DNA of 64,000 nt. It comes from Octopus sinensis (taxonomy: Eukaryota). The stretch lies in the NCBI RefSeq assembly GCF_006345805.1, contig NC_043014.1, positions 11,966,001 through 12,030,000 of the forward strand. Direction: 5' to 3'. Under the pieces are notes generated by a model. The model did no database searches. It saw nothing but the letters and a program-made list of their open reading frames with translations, and had not been told where the DNA came from. Below, piece after piece: positions 38,891-52,062 of this stretch. A program made the position numbers and the translations under genes. The stretch's first letter is position 1. The number at the start of each line of letters is the position of its first letter.

Positions 38891-39748
38891 GTGAGGAAGC
38901 AAATAAGTTTTGTTTCTTTAATTTTATTTTCTTTCCATGCTATTTAGACAGGACAAAGGATAAGGATAATGAAGTGCTGGATTAAATACATTGCAGAATG
39001 TGATTATGCCTTTCTTTCAATCTTAAGCTCAAATCATACCGGCGTAACCATTTCATTAGATGAAGTAGTAGACAGGGTAAAAAATACATTGCAGTATTTA
39101 ATTATGGCCGTTTTCGTTGCGAGTTCAAATCCTGGTGAGGTAAACTTTACCTTTCTAGTCTTCCAAGATTAGGGAGAATAAAGAACTAATTAAGGGTGTA
39201 AGAGTATTCGGCTCACAATTGTAAGGTCGTGAGTTCCAGGTGGCATATTTTGTCCTTGAGCAAGACGCTTTATTTCTCTTTGTTCACATCATCTGGCAAA
39301 AATGCGTTGTACTTATAATGCAAAGGGTCAGCCTTGTCACATTCTGTGACAGTTGATTCTCCTTGAAATATATGTTAAGGTTACGCGTGTCTGCAGAATG
39401 CTTAACCACTTGCACGTTAATTTCACGAGAAACTCTTCTATTGATTAAGTCAACTGGAACTCTCTTCGTCGTAACCAACGAAGGACCAGTTTTTATATAT
39501 AACGTATATGTGGACTTAGTCTTTTACGACAGTAGGAAGATATTTCAAGATTTGTTTGCTATTTCTAGTAGGACCACCAAAGTGGATGTTATTCACTCCT
39601 GAATTGTACCCTCTTTAGGTATTTACGACAGTAGGAAGATATTTCAAGATTTGTTTGCTATTTCTAGTAGGTCCAGCAAAGACTGAGTTCTGTTTTGTTT
39701 ATACTGATGCAAGAAATTTTTCTCTTTACCAAATGTTTTCTGTTGAAG

Positions 39749-40113
39749 GCTACGAATAAGTGTTACAGACCAAGGCCTTGAAGTACAAAGACAGGGTTTC
39801 AAAACGGTCGTAATTATCGTAACTGACGTCAACGACAACACTCCGGTCTTTCTAAACAACAGTTACACGTTTACTATATCCGAGAATCTACCGAAAATGA
39901 CTCCAGTCGGTAAACTAGATGCGGCAGATGCTGACGAGGGCTCAAACGCAGCCTTGCACTTCAGAATTTTCTACATGCTCCAGGGCCCTGCTGACTTCGT
40001 AATGGATTCTGGACGTGGAATTATATCCACGAAGAAGGAACTTGACCGGGAATTAGTGCCGATTTATAGATTATGGTGTGAAGTTTCTGACAGTGGTACT
40101 CCTTCATTATCAG
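39749..40113 (+). CDS. Giant cadherin exon (phase 2 to 1)
   Basis: ttctgttgaag|G acceptor and CAG|gtactc donor. Encodes RLRISVTDQG...DVNDNTPVF...LDRELVP...SDSGTPSLS. Confidence 0.93.
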
Positions 40114-41085
40114 GTACTCAGCTCTATTATTTCCATTCTATTTTTTTAAAATATATTTTATAATTTTTATTTCATGCATATAGGTGCAGGCGTGGCTGTG
40201 TGGTAAGAAGCTTGCTTCCCAACCACATGGTTCCGGGTTCAGTTCCACTACGTGGCTTCTTGGGCTAGTGCCTTCTTTTATAGCCTCGGGTTGACCAAAG
40301 CATTGTGAGTGGATGTGGAAGACGGAATTGAAAGAAACCAGTAGTATATATATGTATTTGTGTGTGTGTGTGTATGTGTGTGTGTTACTATGTCTTTGTG
40401 TCTGTGTTTGTCCCCCACCATCGCTTGATAACCGATGTTGGTATGTTTACGTCCCTGCAACTTAGCGGTTCGGCAAAACAGAACAATATAACAAGTACTA
40501 GGAAAGAAGAAGCCTGGCATCGATTTCTTTGACTAAAAAAAAAACTCTTTAAGGCACTGCCGCAGCATGACCGCAGTCAAATGACTGAAACAAGTAAAAG
40601 AATAAAACAATAGGCAAGAATTGAATGGGAAAATTCTATTTTACATTCCTCTGCGGACGAAAAGATTTTGCCCTCCATTTTTCTAGAGTCGATAACATGA
40701 AGAACCAATCAGATATGGAGTGGCTGTGTGGTAAGTAGCTTCCTTACCAACCACATGGTTCCGGGTTCACTCCTGCGCCTATATGACACATATTGAATAT
40801 TTGGATTATAAAGTCTTTGTACTCTGACAGTTTTGTCATTTCTTTTGTTTTGGTCAGAAGAGATTGCGATTTCAATGAGTTTGCGTATTTTTTCTCATCC
40901 TTGATGACATACCTGGGCGGTTTTCTTTGATATCTTTTTTACTTTGGATAAGCATATCCCATATGATTTTGACCAGGTCCTGTTATATATCGTATTTGAT
41001 ACCTGCTTTTTTTTCTTGTTTCACGCGTCCATGCTTTCTTACGCAAGAATAACTCATAGGTAAATGCAACATCCTATCTTTTCAG

Positions 41086-41634
41086 CCTTTACTGAAGTAA
41101 GAATCGTGGTTTTGGATGAGAACGATAACGAACCGATCTTCGACAAGACCTCATATTCAGTGAGGATACTCGAGAATACACCAGTTGGGAGTACAGCAAT
41201 GGAGTTAAACATCATTGATTTAGATATCAACAGAGCCGGCAAAATTACACTTCATTTCTCATTAAATAGCAATGACCTCGATGTTGCTAAATACTATTTT
41301 GAGATCGTGTATCAACCCCCGAGACTCGTTTTACGGAGATCCATTGATCGCGAAAAGTTAAATAATTTCGATTTTATACTAACTGCCCAAGATGGCGGCA
41401 TGCCTTCACTATCAAGCGAGGCTTCCGTCAGCGTACATATTGATGACGTAAATGACAATCGACCGCATTTTTCGCCGGTGTTTTTCAACCAAGAAGCATC
41501 GCGTGACACTTCGTGTGAAAAGCCTTTGACTCGAGTATCCGCAGTTGACCAGGACTTAGGAGACAACGGTCGAATCTCTTATTATTTTGTTCAAAATAAA
41601 TACAACTACCTATTCAAGATCAACGACGTTTCAG
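41086..41634 (+). CDS. Giant cadherin exon (phase 1 to 1)
   Basis: atcttttcag|CC acceptor and CAG|gtgagt donor. Encodes AFTEVRIVVLDENDNEP...IDREK...DDVNDNRP...FKINDVS. Confidence 0.95.
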
Positions 41635-42274
41635 GTGAGTAAAGACACTTTGGCCAAATTGTTGGAAAAAAAAATCTTAGAAGTTATCTGACGTATTTAA
41701 TAGCATCACTGAGGCATAAGAAGACATGGTATCACCTCCTCCAATCAGTCTGCAGTGTCCTGTCTCAGCAAATAATAAAAGGTATCAAAATTTGTTGACT
41801 TCAGTATTATCTAAAGTCAAATAAGAACAGTAAGACTGAACTTAGTATTAGAGTTGTTTAGCACCTGGTCAGCCCTCATCGCTCAGACCCATGGCCCAAA
41901 CCGTGATCATCTATGAGTTCTTCATTTAATGTACCCTCGTTCTCAATCGCAGGATGTAATTTGAGGAATATTTGGCTGTTATTTCTAGTAGGTCAAGGGA
42001 ACACATATAAGTGCTCTCTTTAGTTTAATGGACAGACCTTTGTTCATATCAGCGAGTCATTTAGATTACTGGGTTATTATCAATTTTAAATTTGTGATTC
42101 TGAGATCAAATTGATTCGAAGAAAATACAGCCATATTATGTTCTAAAGAGTTTGTGAGACTTATTCGGCTACAAACAGGACCAATTAACTTCTATTGGTA
42201 AGATTGTTCTTTTGAGGCATATTGTAATTGCATGATTTTATTTACTTGTTTATTTATATTTTTCTTCGTGGCAG

Positions 42275-42602
42275 GGGAAATAAAGATGCAGATGAAGAGC
42301 TGGAAGAACAAATATATTATGATTATCAAGGCTAAAGATTGGGGCACTCCGCAGCTAGTGTCTGACAACAGTGCCACATTACGACTCGATACTTTCAATC
42401 CGTCAGAGGCTTTAGTGTCAATATATCTTGGCATCAGTCTCGATGATTTCAACCTAAAGAAGAAGCTGTTCTCGAATCTGCTAACAAGCCTGATTCAAGT
42501 TGTATACCCAACGGGGAAGTTTAAGATTTGGTGTGTCCAGGAAATTGAGTCAGTTACCGGACAAGCTATCACGGCAAAAAGAAGACTTACAGCAGATGAA
42601 AG
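42275..42602 (+). CDS. Giant cadherin exon: end of last EC and start of membrane-adjacent domain (phase 1 to 2)
   Basis: cgtggcag|GG acceptor and AAG|gtaaaa donor. Encodes GEIKM...AKDWGTPQL...ALVSIYLGISLDDF...GKFKIWCVQE. Confidence 0.93.
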
Positions 42603-42688
42603 GTAAAAGTGACAAGAATGCTTTCACTAGATATTTAGCAATAAACATATCGTTCGCTACTTTTTTTGCTCTGGCTACATATATATAT

Positions 42689-42990
42689 GTGGAGGCACAT
42701 GGCCTAGTAGTTAGAGCAGAGGATTCGTGGTTGAAGGATCACATGGTTCGAACCTCAGACCGAGCGATGTGTGTCTTTATGAGCGAAATACCTCAGCTCC
42801 ACGCGGCTCCGGCAGAAGGTAATGGCGAACTTCTGCTGACTCTTTCGCCACAACTTTCTCTCACCCTTTCCTCCTGCATCTTGCAGCTCACCTGCGACGG
42901 ACCGGCGTCTCGTCCAGGTGGGGAACCTATACGCCAAGGAAACCGGAAAAACCGGACCTTATGAGCTAGGCATGGCCCGAGAAGGAACAA
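42689..42990 (+). mobile_element. SINE, body C plus tail X, diverged
   Basis: Matches the reverse complement of 24743-25073. Confidence 0.8.
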
Positions 42991-43534
42991 ATATATATAT
43001 GAATATATAACTTTTACTTGTTTCATTCATTCATTTGACTGCGACCATGCTGGAGCGCCGCCTTTAGTCGAACAAATCGATCCCAGGAGTTATTCTTTGC
43101 AAGCCTAGTACTTATTCTATCGGTCTCTTTGCCGAACCGCAAGGCTACAGAGATGTAAACATACCAACACCGGTTGTCAAGTAATGGTGGAGGGGGGACA
43201 AGCACAGACACATGCACAAATATGACAGGCTTCTTTCAGTTTCCGTCAGCCAAATCCACTCACAAGGCTTTGGTCGGCCTGAGGCTTTAGTAGAAGACAC
43301 TTGCCCAAGGTGCCACGCAGTGGGACTGAACCTGGATCGAAGCTTCTTACCACACAGCCACTCCTATTTTTATACTTACTTTCTGGTTAGTATATGCACT
43401 CTATGTAAATTTAGTATTGTACAGTGCTTGATAAAACTAATTAGCTTTCGTTAGCTTTTTAATAGTCCTTGCATTAATCATGTAAGCAGTAAATTTGATG
43501 TTTAAAGAAACGTATTATTTTCTTTTATGCTTAG

Positions 43535-43683
43535 GTCAGTGGTTGCGTATATTTATTGTCTAAAGTCAAATAATACGGACACCATTGAGAATTTGCCGAA
43601 AGAAAAGGACTTTTGCAGTACAGATGAAGCTTTGTCTTTCTTGACTATTAACAATGAGGGCGAAATTTCGGTGGCGTTGGAAG
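43535..43683 (+). CDS. Giant cadherin exon, membrane-adjacent domain (phase 2 to 1)
   Basis: ttatgcttag|G acceptor and AAG|gtaaga donor. Encodes RSVVAYIYCLKSNNTDTIENLPKEKDFCSTDEALSFLTINNEGEISVALE. Confidence 0.88.
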
Positions 43684-43741
43684 GTAAGAACGAAGGATTT
43701 ATTTATATGTTTCTTATTGTTGATAGAGTAATTAGAATTAA

Positions 43742-44460
43742 GACGGCGAGCTGGCAGAAACGTTAGCACGCCGGGCGAAATGCGTAGCCGTATTTCGTCT
43801 GCCGTTACGTTCTGAGTTCAAATCCCGCCGAGGTCGACTTTGCCTTTCATCCTTTCGGGGTCGATGAATTAAGTACCAGTTACGCACTTGGGTCGATATA
43901 ATCGACTTAATCCATTTGTCTGTCCTTGTTTGTCCTCTCTGTATTTAGCCCCTTGTGGGTAGCAAGGAAATAGGTATTTCGTCTGCCTTTACGTTTTGAG
44001 TTCAAATTCCGTTAAGGTCGACTTTGCCTTTCATCCTTTCGGGATCGATAAATTAAGCACCAGTTACGCACTGGGGTCGGTATAATCGACTTAATCCGTT
44101 TGTCTGTTCTTGTTTGTCCCCTTTGTTTAACCCTTGTGGGTAGTAAAGAAATAAGTATTTCGTCTGCCGTTACGTTCTGGGTTCAAATTCCGCTGAGGTC
44201 GACTTTGCTTTTCTTCCTTTCGGGGTCGATACATTAAGTACCAGTTACGTACTGGGGTAGATAGAATCGACTTAATCCCTTTGTCTGTTCTTGTTTGTCC
44301 TCTCTGTATTTAGCCCTTGTGGGTAGTAAAGAAATAGGCATTTTGTCTGTCTTTACGTTCTGAGTTCAAATTCTGCCGAAATCGACTTTGCCCTTTGCTC
44401 TTTGCCCCTTCGGAGTCGATAAAAATAAGCACCTGTTGAGCACTGGGGTCAATGAAATCG
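43742..44460 (+). mobile_element. SINE family A tetramer: one full unit and three head-less units
   Basis: Units restart at 43973, 44154 and 44337, each after aaagaaata. Confidence 0.9.
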
Positions 44461-44901
44461 ATTTTCCACCTCTTCCTAACTTGCCGGTTGAAATTTGAAA
44501 TCGATATAGTAATTGAATTTATTGCTTTTCCTTGTTTCACTCACTGGACCGCGATTTAAGTCGAACAAGAGCTTAAGTCGAATAAGGGTTTAAGTCGAAC
44601 AAATTGAACCCAGTACTTATTTTTGAAGTCTGGTACTTATCGTCCGCTTTCGTCGAACAGCCAAGTTGCGGGGGCAAAATGTTGAATCAAAATTTGAGCA
44701 AGATCTTGGTTCACTAAAGTAGATTTATTCGCAATGGCCTCATCTAGAGTTGCAACTCAGACTTGACTCAGATTTTGCACAAAGACATTAAAGGAAAGGT
44801 TTCTATCACATTCAGTCTGTCTCCATTTCCAAGATATATTTTTATATATTTTCTTTTTTGCGTCTTTTCATATTGGTTCTTTATTTATCCTTATAAATAT
44901 A

Positions 44902-45431
44902 TTGGGTTGTCCGGAAAGTTCGTGCCGATTTGTGTACCCAAGCTTTACCAGGTGTTCATGAACGACGGGGTTTGATAGGTTGAGGCTTTCTGCCAATTCT
45001 TGGGTTGTGCAATGTGGGTTATTCTCAATTAATGACTTGATTTGGTCATCATCTGTAGTGGATGGTCTGCCTGATCGCTCTTTATCAATAAGGCTAAAAT
45101 CTCCAGCTCGGAACCTTGCGAACCACTTCCGTACAGTTCTTTCGGATAAAGAAACATCACCGTAAACTGCGCATATTTCTTTGGTTGCTTGTGAGGCATT
45201 TTTTCCTTTACGGAAAAAGCGAAGCATCAAGTGCCGAAAATGAACTTTCTTATGTTCCATGTTAAATGGTTACAGAATTAACACAGGTTATAGAAACATA
45301 AATTTTCTTCCACGAAAACTGTGCTGTAAATGGAGGTGTAGTCAAATCCTATTTTATGGGCTCAACCATGTACTAAAATATGTCGAAAGGTAAGCTACTA
45401 TAAATCGGCACGAACTTTGCGAAAAACCCAA
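44902..45431 (-). mobile_element. Mariner internal-deletion derivative keeping the transposase N-terminal DNA-binding region
   Basis: 30-bp TIRs ttgggttgtccggaaagttcgtgccgattt and TA TSD. Encodes MEHKKVHFRHLML...ERTVRKWFARFRAGDFSL.DKERSGRP...HEHLVKLG. Confidence 0.94.
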
Positions 45432-46024
45432 TATTTAGATAAAATTTTATCGTAATCTACTTCTGGACGAGGTTCCTCCCCATCAAACTGTTCGCTTCAT
45501 TTTCTCCATATTTTTATGCTTCCTTACTTGAATTCCTTACATAATTTCCTCTTGCTTTGCCATTTATTTAATTTCTTACTACTGTTTTGTACTCAACTGA
45601 TGCTTTGTTCTGAAGAATATGTATATTGAGTTCTAACAGCAGATTGTGAGAAACAAATATAATAATCCTTTCTAATATAAGCACAAGGCCTAAAACTTTA
45701 AGGTGGAGCTTAAGTCGATTACACCGACCCGAATGTTCAAAGGGTGGAAGGCAAAGTCGACCTTGACGGAAGTTGAACTCAAAACGTTTAGACGGACAAA
45801 ATACCACTAAACCACTAGTGTAGCTAGTGGGGGTGGGGATGGGAGTCAGTAGGTGCGGTCCGCCCCGGGAGGCACTTTTAGGTCTGCTGTAGGCAATATG
45901 TTCTTTTTTTTTTTTTTGTGGGGTCCGGGGGCGGTAAACGGAAGGGCCGCCCCTTGTGGCACATACGCTAGCTACGCTAGTGCACTAACACACTTTGCCC
46001 AGCGTGCTAAAGATTATGCCACAC

Positions 46025-46103
<79 letters not shown>

Positions 46104-46310
46104 TATATATATATGCACACACACGCACACACACACAGACAGCACACACTCATATAAACATAATACACAACTGCCAACCAAGATTACAAAGTTTTGCTTG
46201 GTTAAGGGGAAATAACTTTAATTTTCGCATTAGAGTTATGCCGCTTATTCTCGTTCTGTTGAATTTCCACTATAATTGTCATTTAGGGGAGGAATAGTGT
46301 ATTGTACATA

Positions 46311-46341
46311 CATACAAACATACATACATACATACATACAT

Positions 46342-46376
<35 letters not shown>

Positions 46377-46457
46377 TACATACATACATACATACATACA
46401 TACACATACATACACACACACATACATACATACACACACATACATACATACATACAT

Positions 46458-46490
<33 letters not shown>

Positions 46491-46614
46491 TACATACATA
46501 CACACACACACACACATACATACATACACACATACATACATACATACATACATACATACATACATACATGCATGCATGCATACATACATACATACATACA
46601 TACATACATACATA
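46311..46614. repeat. (TACA)n/(CA)n microsatellite
   Basis: Direct reading. Confidence 0.97.
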
Positions 46615-46629
46615 ATTTCCTCATTTGTT

Positions 46630-48090
46630 TAAGGTGCCTACTACCTTAATTGCTGCTATTGAAGATTCTCAAAGACATGGACAACTATTCTTACCATTAC
46701 AACTCAGAACAGAATAATTGTTCAGAATATAAGCATTACAAAGGGAATATTCCAAGGAGATAGTCTTTCTGTACTTCTTTTCATTTTGGCACTGAAGCCA
46801 TTATCGTTCCTACTGCAGAAAACAAATGGTTACATGTTAGGATCTTCAACTGCCAGAAATATCAATGTAACTCATAATTTCTTTATAGACGATCTGAAGA
46901 TTTTATGCTAAAAGAGTTAACAATGCCAAAAAATAACTGGAATTAATAACATTTTCAGTTGATACAGGCATGGAATTTGGCCAAAAGAAATGTTCATATT
47001 TGGTTATAGAACGAGGAAAATCAGTCCCCCAAACCCAGAACCTGTGCATCAACGGTCTCTCTATCTCCCCCATTCCACACAAAGAATGTTACAAGTACTT
47101 AGGTATAGGCGAAAATGTATCATATGAAGGTACTGTGAATAAGGATAGAGTGACCCGAGAATATTACACCAGTCTTAGGAAAATATGGCAGTCGGAAATC
47201 TCTTACAACAAAATTATCAACCATCGTACAAACAATAACTCTGAGCACCTTTTCAAACTCCACCCATCTAACACCCGTGGACATATTTACAAAGTAAGAA
47301 AACAGCACAGCTCCCATGACTTCAGGAAACATTTTTTCACGCTGAGAGTTGCTGAAGCATGGAACAAACTGCCGGCATCAGTTGTTAGTTGTCGGAGCAC
47401 TGCATCCTTCAAAACTTCCATGCTTCCTGAGATTCGCCAACACTACACTTGATTTTCTCCCCTCCATACACACACAAGCATGTATCTGACTCATACATTG
47501 TTCGCTTTCCAAACATTTCTACATTACTGCATGTACTTTATATGCACTTTCTGACAAGTTGTGGTGCACCTGAGCACTGTATACAATAATTTCATTATTA
47601 TTAAAACAATATTCCACAATGCATTTGCAGTACCAGGGCTGATCCCAACATTTGAGATACTTGATTGGTCTATAGAGGAAATACACTCCATAGATGTCAA
47701 AACCCGCAAAATCCTGACAACAACTGGGAACTTCCACTGCTGCCCTGCAAATATAAACTTCAGCTGCCCTGCAAATATAAATATCTCTTTGAAAATCAAA
47801 GAGGATATCTATGGAAAACTGCTTCGAAGCCTCCATCTTCTATATCCAAACTATGAATTCATATTCATACCAATAATAATTGGAGCAATCGGATAAACAG
47901 GGATTTTCAGAAAGAGAAACTGGCTGATTCAAATATTACAAGTCCAATCTGTGGGTGGAACAGTAAAAATATGCAAGACTTTTCTCAAGTTCCAAAAGTG
48001 AATTTGTTTGTGTTAACTACATCCGAAAGATGAAGCCTTGTATCTTTGTTGGAAACCGGCTTCCTCCTCAGTGGAAGATATATAATAATT
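46630..48090 (+). mobile_element. Degenerate R4/Dong-like (RLE-type) non-LTR retrotransposon, interrupted by a CR1 fragment
   Basis: RT motifs GIFQGDSLSVLLFILAL, FIDDLK, MEFGQKKC and YKYLG; after the insertion HNAFAVP..IPTFEILDW and C-terminal FIPIIIGAIG. Contains frameshifts and deletions. Confidence 0.88.
47213..47602 (+). mobile_element. CR1-clade LINE 3' fragment nested in the R4-like element
   Basis: TRGHIYKVRK...RKHFFTLRVAEAWNKLPASVV is the CR1 ORF2 C-terminal motif, followed by a 3' UTR ending in (att)n. Confidence 0.88.
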
Positions 48091-48106
48091 AAAAAATAGA
48101 AGAGAC

Positions 48107-48387
48107 ATACATACATACATACATACATACATACATACATGCATGCATACATGCATACATGCATACATACATACATACATGCATGCATACATACATACAT
48201 ACATACATACATACATACATACATACATACATGCATATATACATACATACATACATACATGCAAATATACATACATACATACGTACGTATGTACATACAT
48301 ACATACATACATACATACATACATACATACATACGAGCGTACATACATACATACATACATACATACATACATACATACATACATACA
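48107..48387. repeat. (CATA)n microsatellite
   Basis: Direct reading. Confidence 0.97.
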
Positions 48388-49600
48388 AGTTAGAATCTAT
48401 ACTTTTACGTTTTAAACTTTATCAGACTGATACCGCGAATGTTTCCCATATTGTTCTCAACCATGTTTTCTCGGCCATTATTTTACCTATGGACCTCTTT
48501 GGTTACCATTTTCTTCTGGTGCACATCCTTAGGCCATTCGATGTTTCAAAAACTTGTTATTGATAATTCTCTCAAAATTTCCTATTTTGTTTTTCACACA
48601 TTAACTTGTGTAGGTTGAACTATGTAAAACGTTTGAGAAAGAAACCCAGCTATTTCTTGCAATAAATACATTCAAATCTAAATTTTATATAAAATACAGC
48701 AGTGGATCAATTTGCTGTTCCTCTAGCGTGACCCCCTCCACCACCACAACCACCACCATCTATTTCCCCGGAAATCTTCTATGGAGCCCCAGGAGTCATA
48801 CGGAACCACTGTCCTGGTTTATTCCCCATACTTTAATTCTGGTGAGATGAAAGAAATTCTTTTCAGTGTTAGAATCAGTGGAGCATTCGAACAAAAGGTT
48901 TTCGGCATTTTGTCCACCCAATTGTAAATTCCACGTTCAAATACCACTGATGCCGACTTTTTCATTTTTTTTTGTTCTATTATTCATTCCCGAGTCTGTA
49001 AAACAAATGCCAGTGTAGTGCTTTCGACATAATCGACTTTTCCTTTCTTCTATGACACTGTGTAACAATTTTTTCTGTCTTTGGTCAGTAAGTGTTATAT
49101 TTCCTATTTGCTTCCATCTAGAAATCAAAGGAAATGACTGCTATTCCCTTCACACTTAGCTTTTGTGACCTGAACACCAATGTTTTGAAACTGACCTATC
49201 TTCCATTACATTTCAGACAGATTCAGTGCTGAGTTGATGAAACAGAAACATCGTTCTAGCAAATATTCCGTCAATAGCCACAGATTTGTTCGTCAGTTGC
49301 CTGACCTTAACCGCTTGGTTATGTCCCTTAGTGTCTGACAATACGTGTGTCTCTAATCATGAACAGAAGTAATAGGGGAGCATCATATAACCATGTGTTG
49401 AGAAGGAATCTTTGAGGCTTGAATAAATGTAACAAAAGCAAAGTTTAAAGGAAATATAAGCCATTTCTCATACTTTCTAAGGGGCAGCAAATAGGAAATA
49501 ACAGTCGCTACTCAAAGACAAAAATCGTGTTACACAATGTAATTCGTAAATTTGAATCTGTGACAGAAATCTTTTTATTTTTTCGTACGTTTTGGGGTTG

Positions 49601-49602
<2 letters not shown>

Positions 49603-49691
<89 letters not shown>

Positions 49692-50160
49692 GTTTGACTT
49701 TTCCTTTACATCTGTACAAGTTGGCTCCAAGTCTCACCCAGAGACCTCAAGAGACAACAGGTTGGAAGTTCGTGTTGTTGTTATGCCTAGGGTGCCATAT
49801 ATTTGGTTTTGTATTTAGTGTTGTACTGGTGAATGTCTAATAAAAACCATACGAAAATTATGTTTGTTTTAAAACTTGAGATTACATAGAAAGTATTTTG
49901 CGTAGGATATGAGCAGTTCCCATGAGCACTATCTTTTGAATTTCTGCCATTTTGGGGTTTCCTGGTATCTGAGTTAGGTAGCAATTAGCCCCTTTTGCTA
50001 TCATTCCCAGGTCACCGATGACAACAGGTATTGTTTTAGTCTTCAGGTTCCATATTTTGCTGATTTCTATTTCAAGATCTTTATATTTGCTCAGTTTTTG
50101 GTAGGTCTTGACAGATACGTTTATATCGATTGGGACAGTCATAGCAATGAGGAGGCATGA
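49603..50160 (-). mobile_element. R4/Dong-like LINE 3' end with (AAT)n tail
   Basis: VPIDINVSVKTYQKLSKYKDLEIEISKIW...IPVVIGDLG is an RLE endonuclease C-terminal signature. (ATT)n lies on both sides. Confidence 0.87.
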
Positions 50161-50198
50161 TTTTTGTCAGAATTATTATTATTATTATTATTATTTTT

Positions 50199-50234
<36 letters not shown>

Positions 50235-50305
50235 CATTATTATTATTATTATTATTATTTTATTATTATTATAATTATTATTATTATCATTATTATTCTT
50301 TTCAG

Positions 50306-50483
50306 GTCCGGTCTGGGATGATTTCAATATATTGGATGTACAACCATATAACACGGACGTAAAACTGTGGTCTGAAACTTCAACAGGAAAAATTACAATT
50401 GCGTTTATTATAGTTCTCCTTCTGGTTTTAATGATCGTCTTATTCTTCTTATTTCGTCAATACAAACGAATGAAGAAGAAAAC
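50306..50483 (+). CDS. Giant cadherin transmembrane exon (phase 1 to 2); absent from the ORF track
   Basis: ttcttttcag|GT acceptor and AAC|gtaagt donor. Encodes GPVWDDFNILDVQPY...ITIAFIIVLLLVLMIVLFFLF-RQYKRMKKK, a 21-residue hydrophobic helix followed by a basic stop-transfer stretch. Confidence 0.92.
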
Positions 50484-50492
50484 GTAAGTATA

Positions 50493-50869
50493 TCTTTATA
50501 TATAAAAGAGAGGTTGTGTGTCTGTCTCCTACGATTTAGATTCCTAACTACTCCCACATTTTGCGGTGCAGTTTAACCAAAACCGGGTATCTTATAGTCG
50601 TGATTCATATCGAGCCCTTCTGGGTATTAGCGCGCGTCTACGATGAGTCTAGGATTAAAAAAAAAATTTACCATCATTTTTTTCCATTTTAATGCATCTT
50701 TTCGCTATTATATAAGGGAAGTAACTCTCTAAAAATGTCTACGATGAGTCAACGATTTAAAAAAAAATTTACCATCATTTTTTTTGCTATTTTTTGGCTA
50801 TAACCCTCTAAAAATGCTTATATAGTTATTTCCCTTACAAATCCGAGCAACGCCGGGCGATACTGCTAG
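50493..50869 (+). mobile_element. Non-autonomous Helitron, 377 bp
   Basis: A|TCtttatatataaaagagaggttgtgtgtctgtct ... atccgagcaacgccgggcgatactgCTAG|T. Confidence 0.9.
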
Positions 50870-51125
50870 TATATATATACGAGTCAAAGATTCTGCTTGG
50901 ACCATAAAAGCAACCCTCCACAATGTTCAAGATAGCTTAAGATCTCCGAACGAAACCTATTTTGCCCCATAAGTTCTATCATTCATTTATCTGTGATTCA
51001 TTTAGCACGGTGGGTGGGTTTTTTTTTAACCAAGCATCCGGGATAAACGAGAATAAATGTATCAGAAGTATAAAACTGCCAGTTTGTATTCCGTTATTCC
51101 ATTCTGTTCGATTTTTATTTTTCAG

Positions 51126-51202
51126 AACTGTTATTCCAGTGACGACAGCTATTGACGCAAACAAGAAAAGAACAGACAAATCACACTTGTTAAACGTTTC
51201 TG
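51126..51202 (+). CDS. Giant cadherin cytoplasmic exon (phase 2 to 1)
   Basis: ttatttttcag|A acceptor and CTG|gtaatt donor. Encodes TTVIPVTTAIDANKKRTDKSHLLNVS. Called from splice signals and phase only. Confidence 0.72.
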
Positions 51203-51465
51203 GTAATTTCACTTCGCTATTGTCAACCAGATTAAGAAAGATGGAGGAAACCGATAAGAGCAGTGGTTTTCAACTGAGGTCCATATGACCCCTAGGTGGT
51301 TGGAGGTCCATATAAGACTTATTTAGGGGTGGGGTCCACGCTAGCAAAATAGTAAATTGAATATCGACAGGGGTATTTTAAGTGTCCGTGTAAAGCAGTG
51401 ATTCTCAAACAGGGACAATATGACCCTGGGATGTTCACATAAGATTTTGTTGACTTTTGCGTTTG

Positions 51466-52062
51466 AGGCGAGCTGGCAGAAACGTTAGCACGCCGGGCGA
51501 AATGCTTAGCAGTATTTCGAGTGCTGTTATGTTCCGAGTTCAAATTCCGCCGAGGTCGACTTTGCCTTTCATCCTTTCGGGGTCGATTAAATAAGTACCA
51601 GTTACGCACTGGGGTCGATATAATCGACTTAATCCCTTTGTCTGTTCTTGTTTGTCCTCTCTGTGTTTAGCCCCTTGTGGGTAGTAAAGAAATAGGTATT
51701 TCGTCTGCCGTTATATTCTGAGTTCAAATTCCGCCGAGGTCGACTTTGCCTTTCATCCTTTCGGGGTCGATTAAATAAGTACCAGTTACGCACTGGAGTC
51801 GATATAATCGACTTAATCCGTTTGTCTGTTCTTGTTTGTCCTCTCTGTGTTTAGCCCCTTGTGGGTAGTAAAGAAATAGGTATTTCGTCTGCCGCTACGT
51901 TCTGAGTTCAAATTCCGCCGAGGTCGACTTTGCCTTTCATCTTTTTGGGGTCGATAAATTAAGTACCAGTTACGCACTGGAGTCGGTATAATCGACTTGA
52001 TCCGTTTGTTTGTCCTTGTTTGTCCCCTCTATGTTTAGCCCCTTGTGGGCAACAAAGAAATA
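51466..52062 (+). mobile_element. SINE family A trimer
   Basis: Units restart at 51695 and 51879 (184-bp period) with junction aaagaaata|ggtatttcgtctg. Confidence 0.92.

Noticed and set aside
39523-39671. 50-bp exact direct repeat with a 99-bp period
   Set aside because: Real, but most simply a local duplication of a small repeat fragment, with no sign of function.
40715-40795. SINE B head followed by an inverted copy of its own first bases
   Set aside because: A single short rearranged fragment, probably a template-switch remnant.
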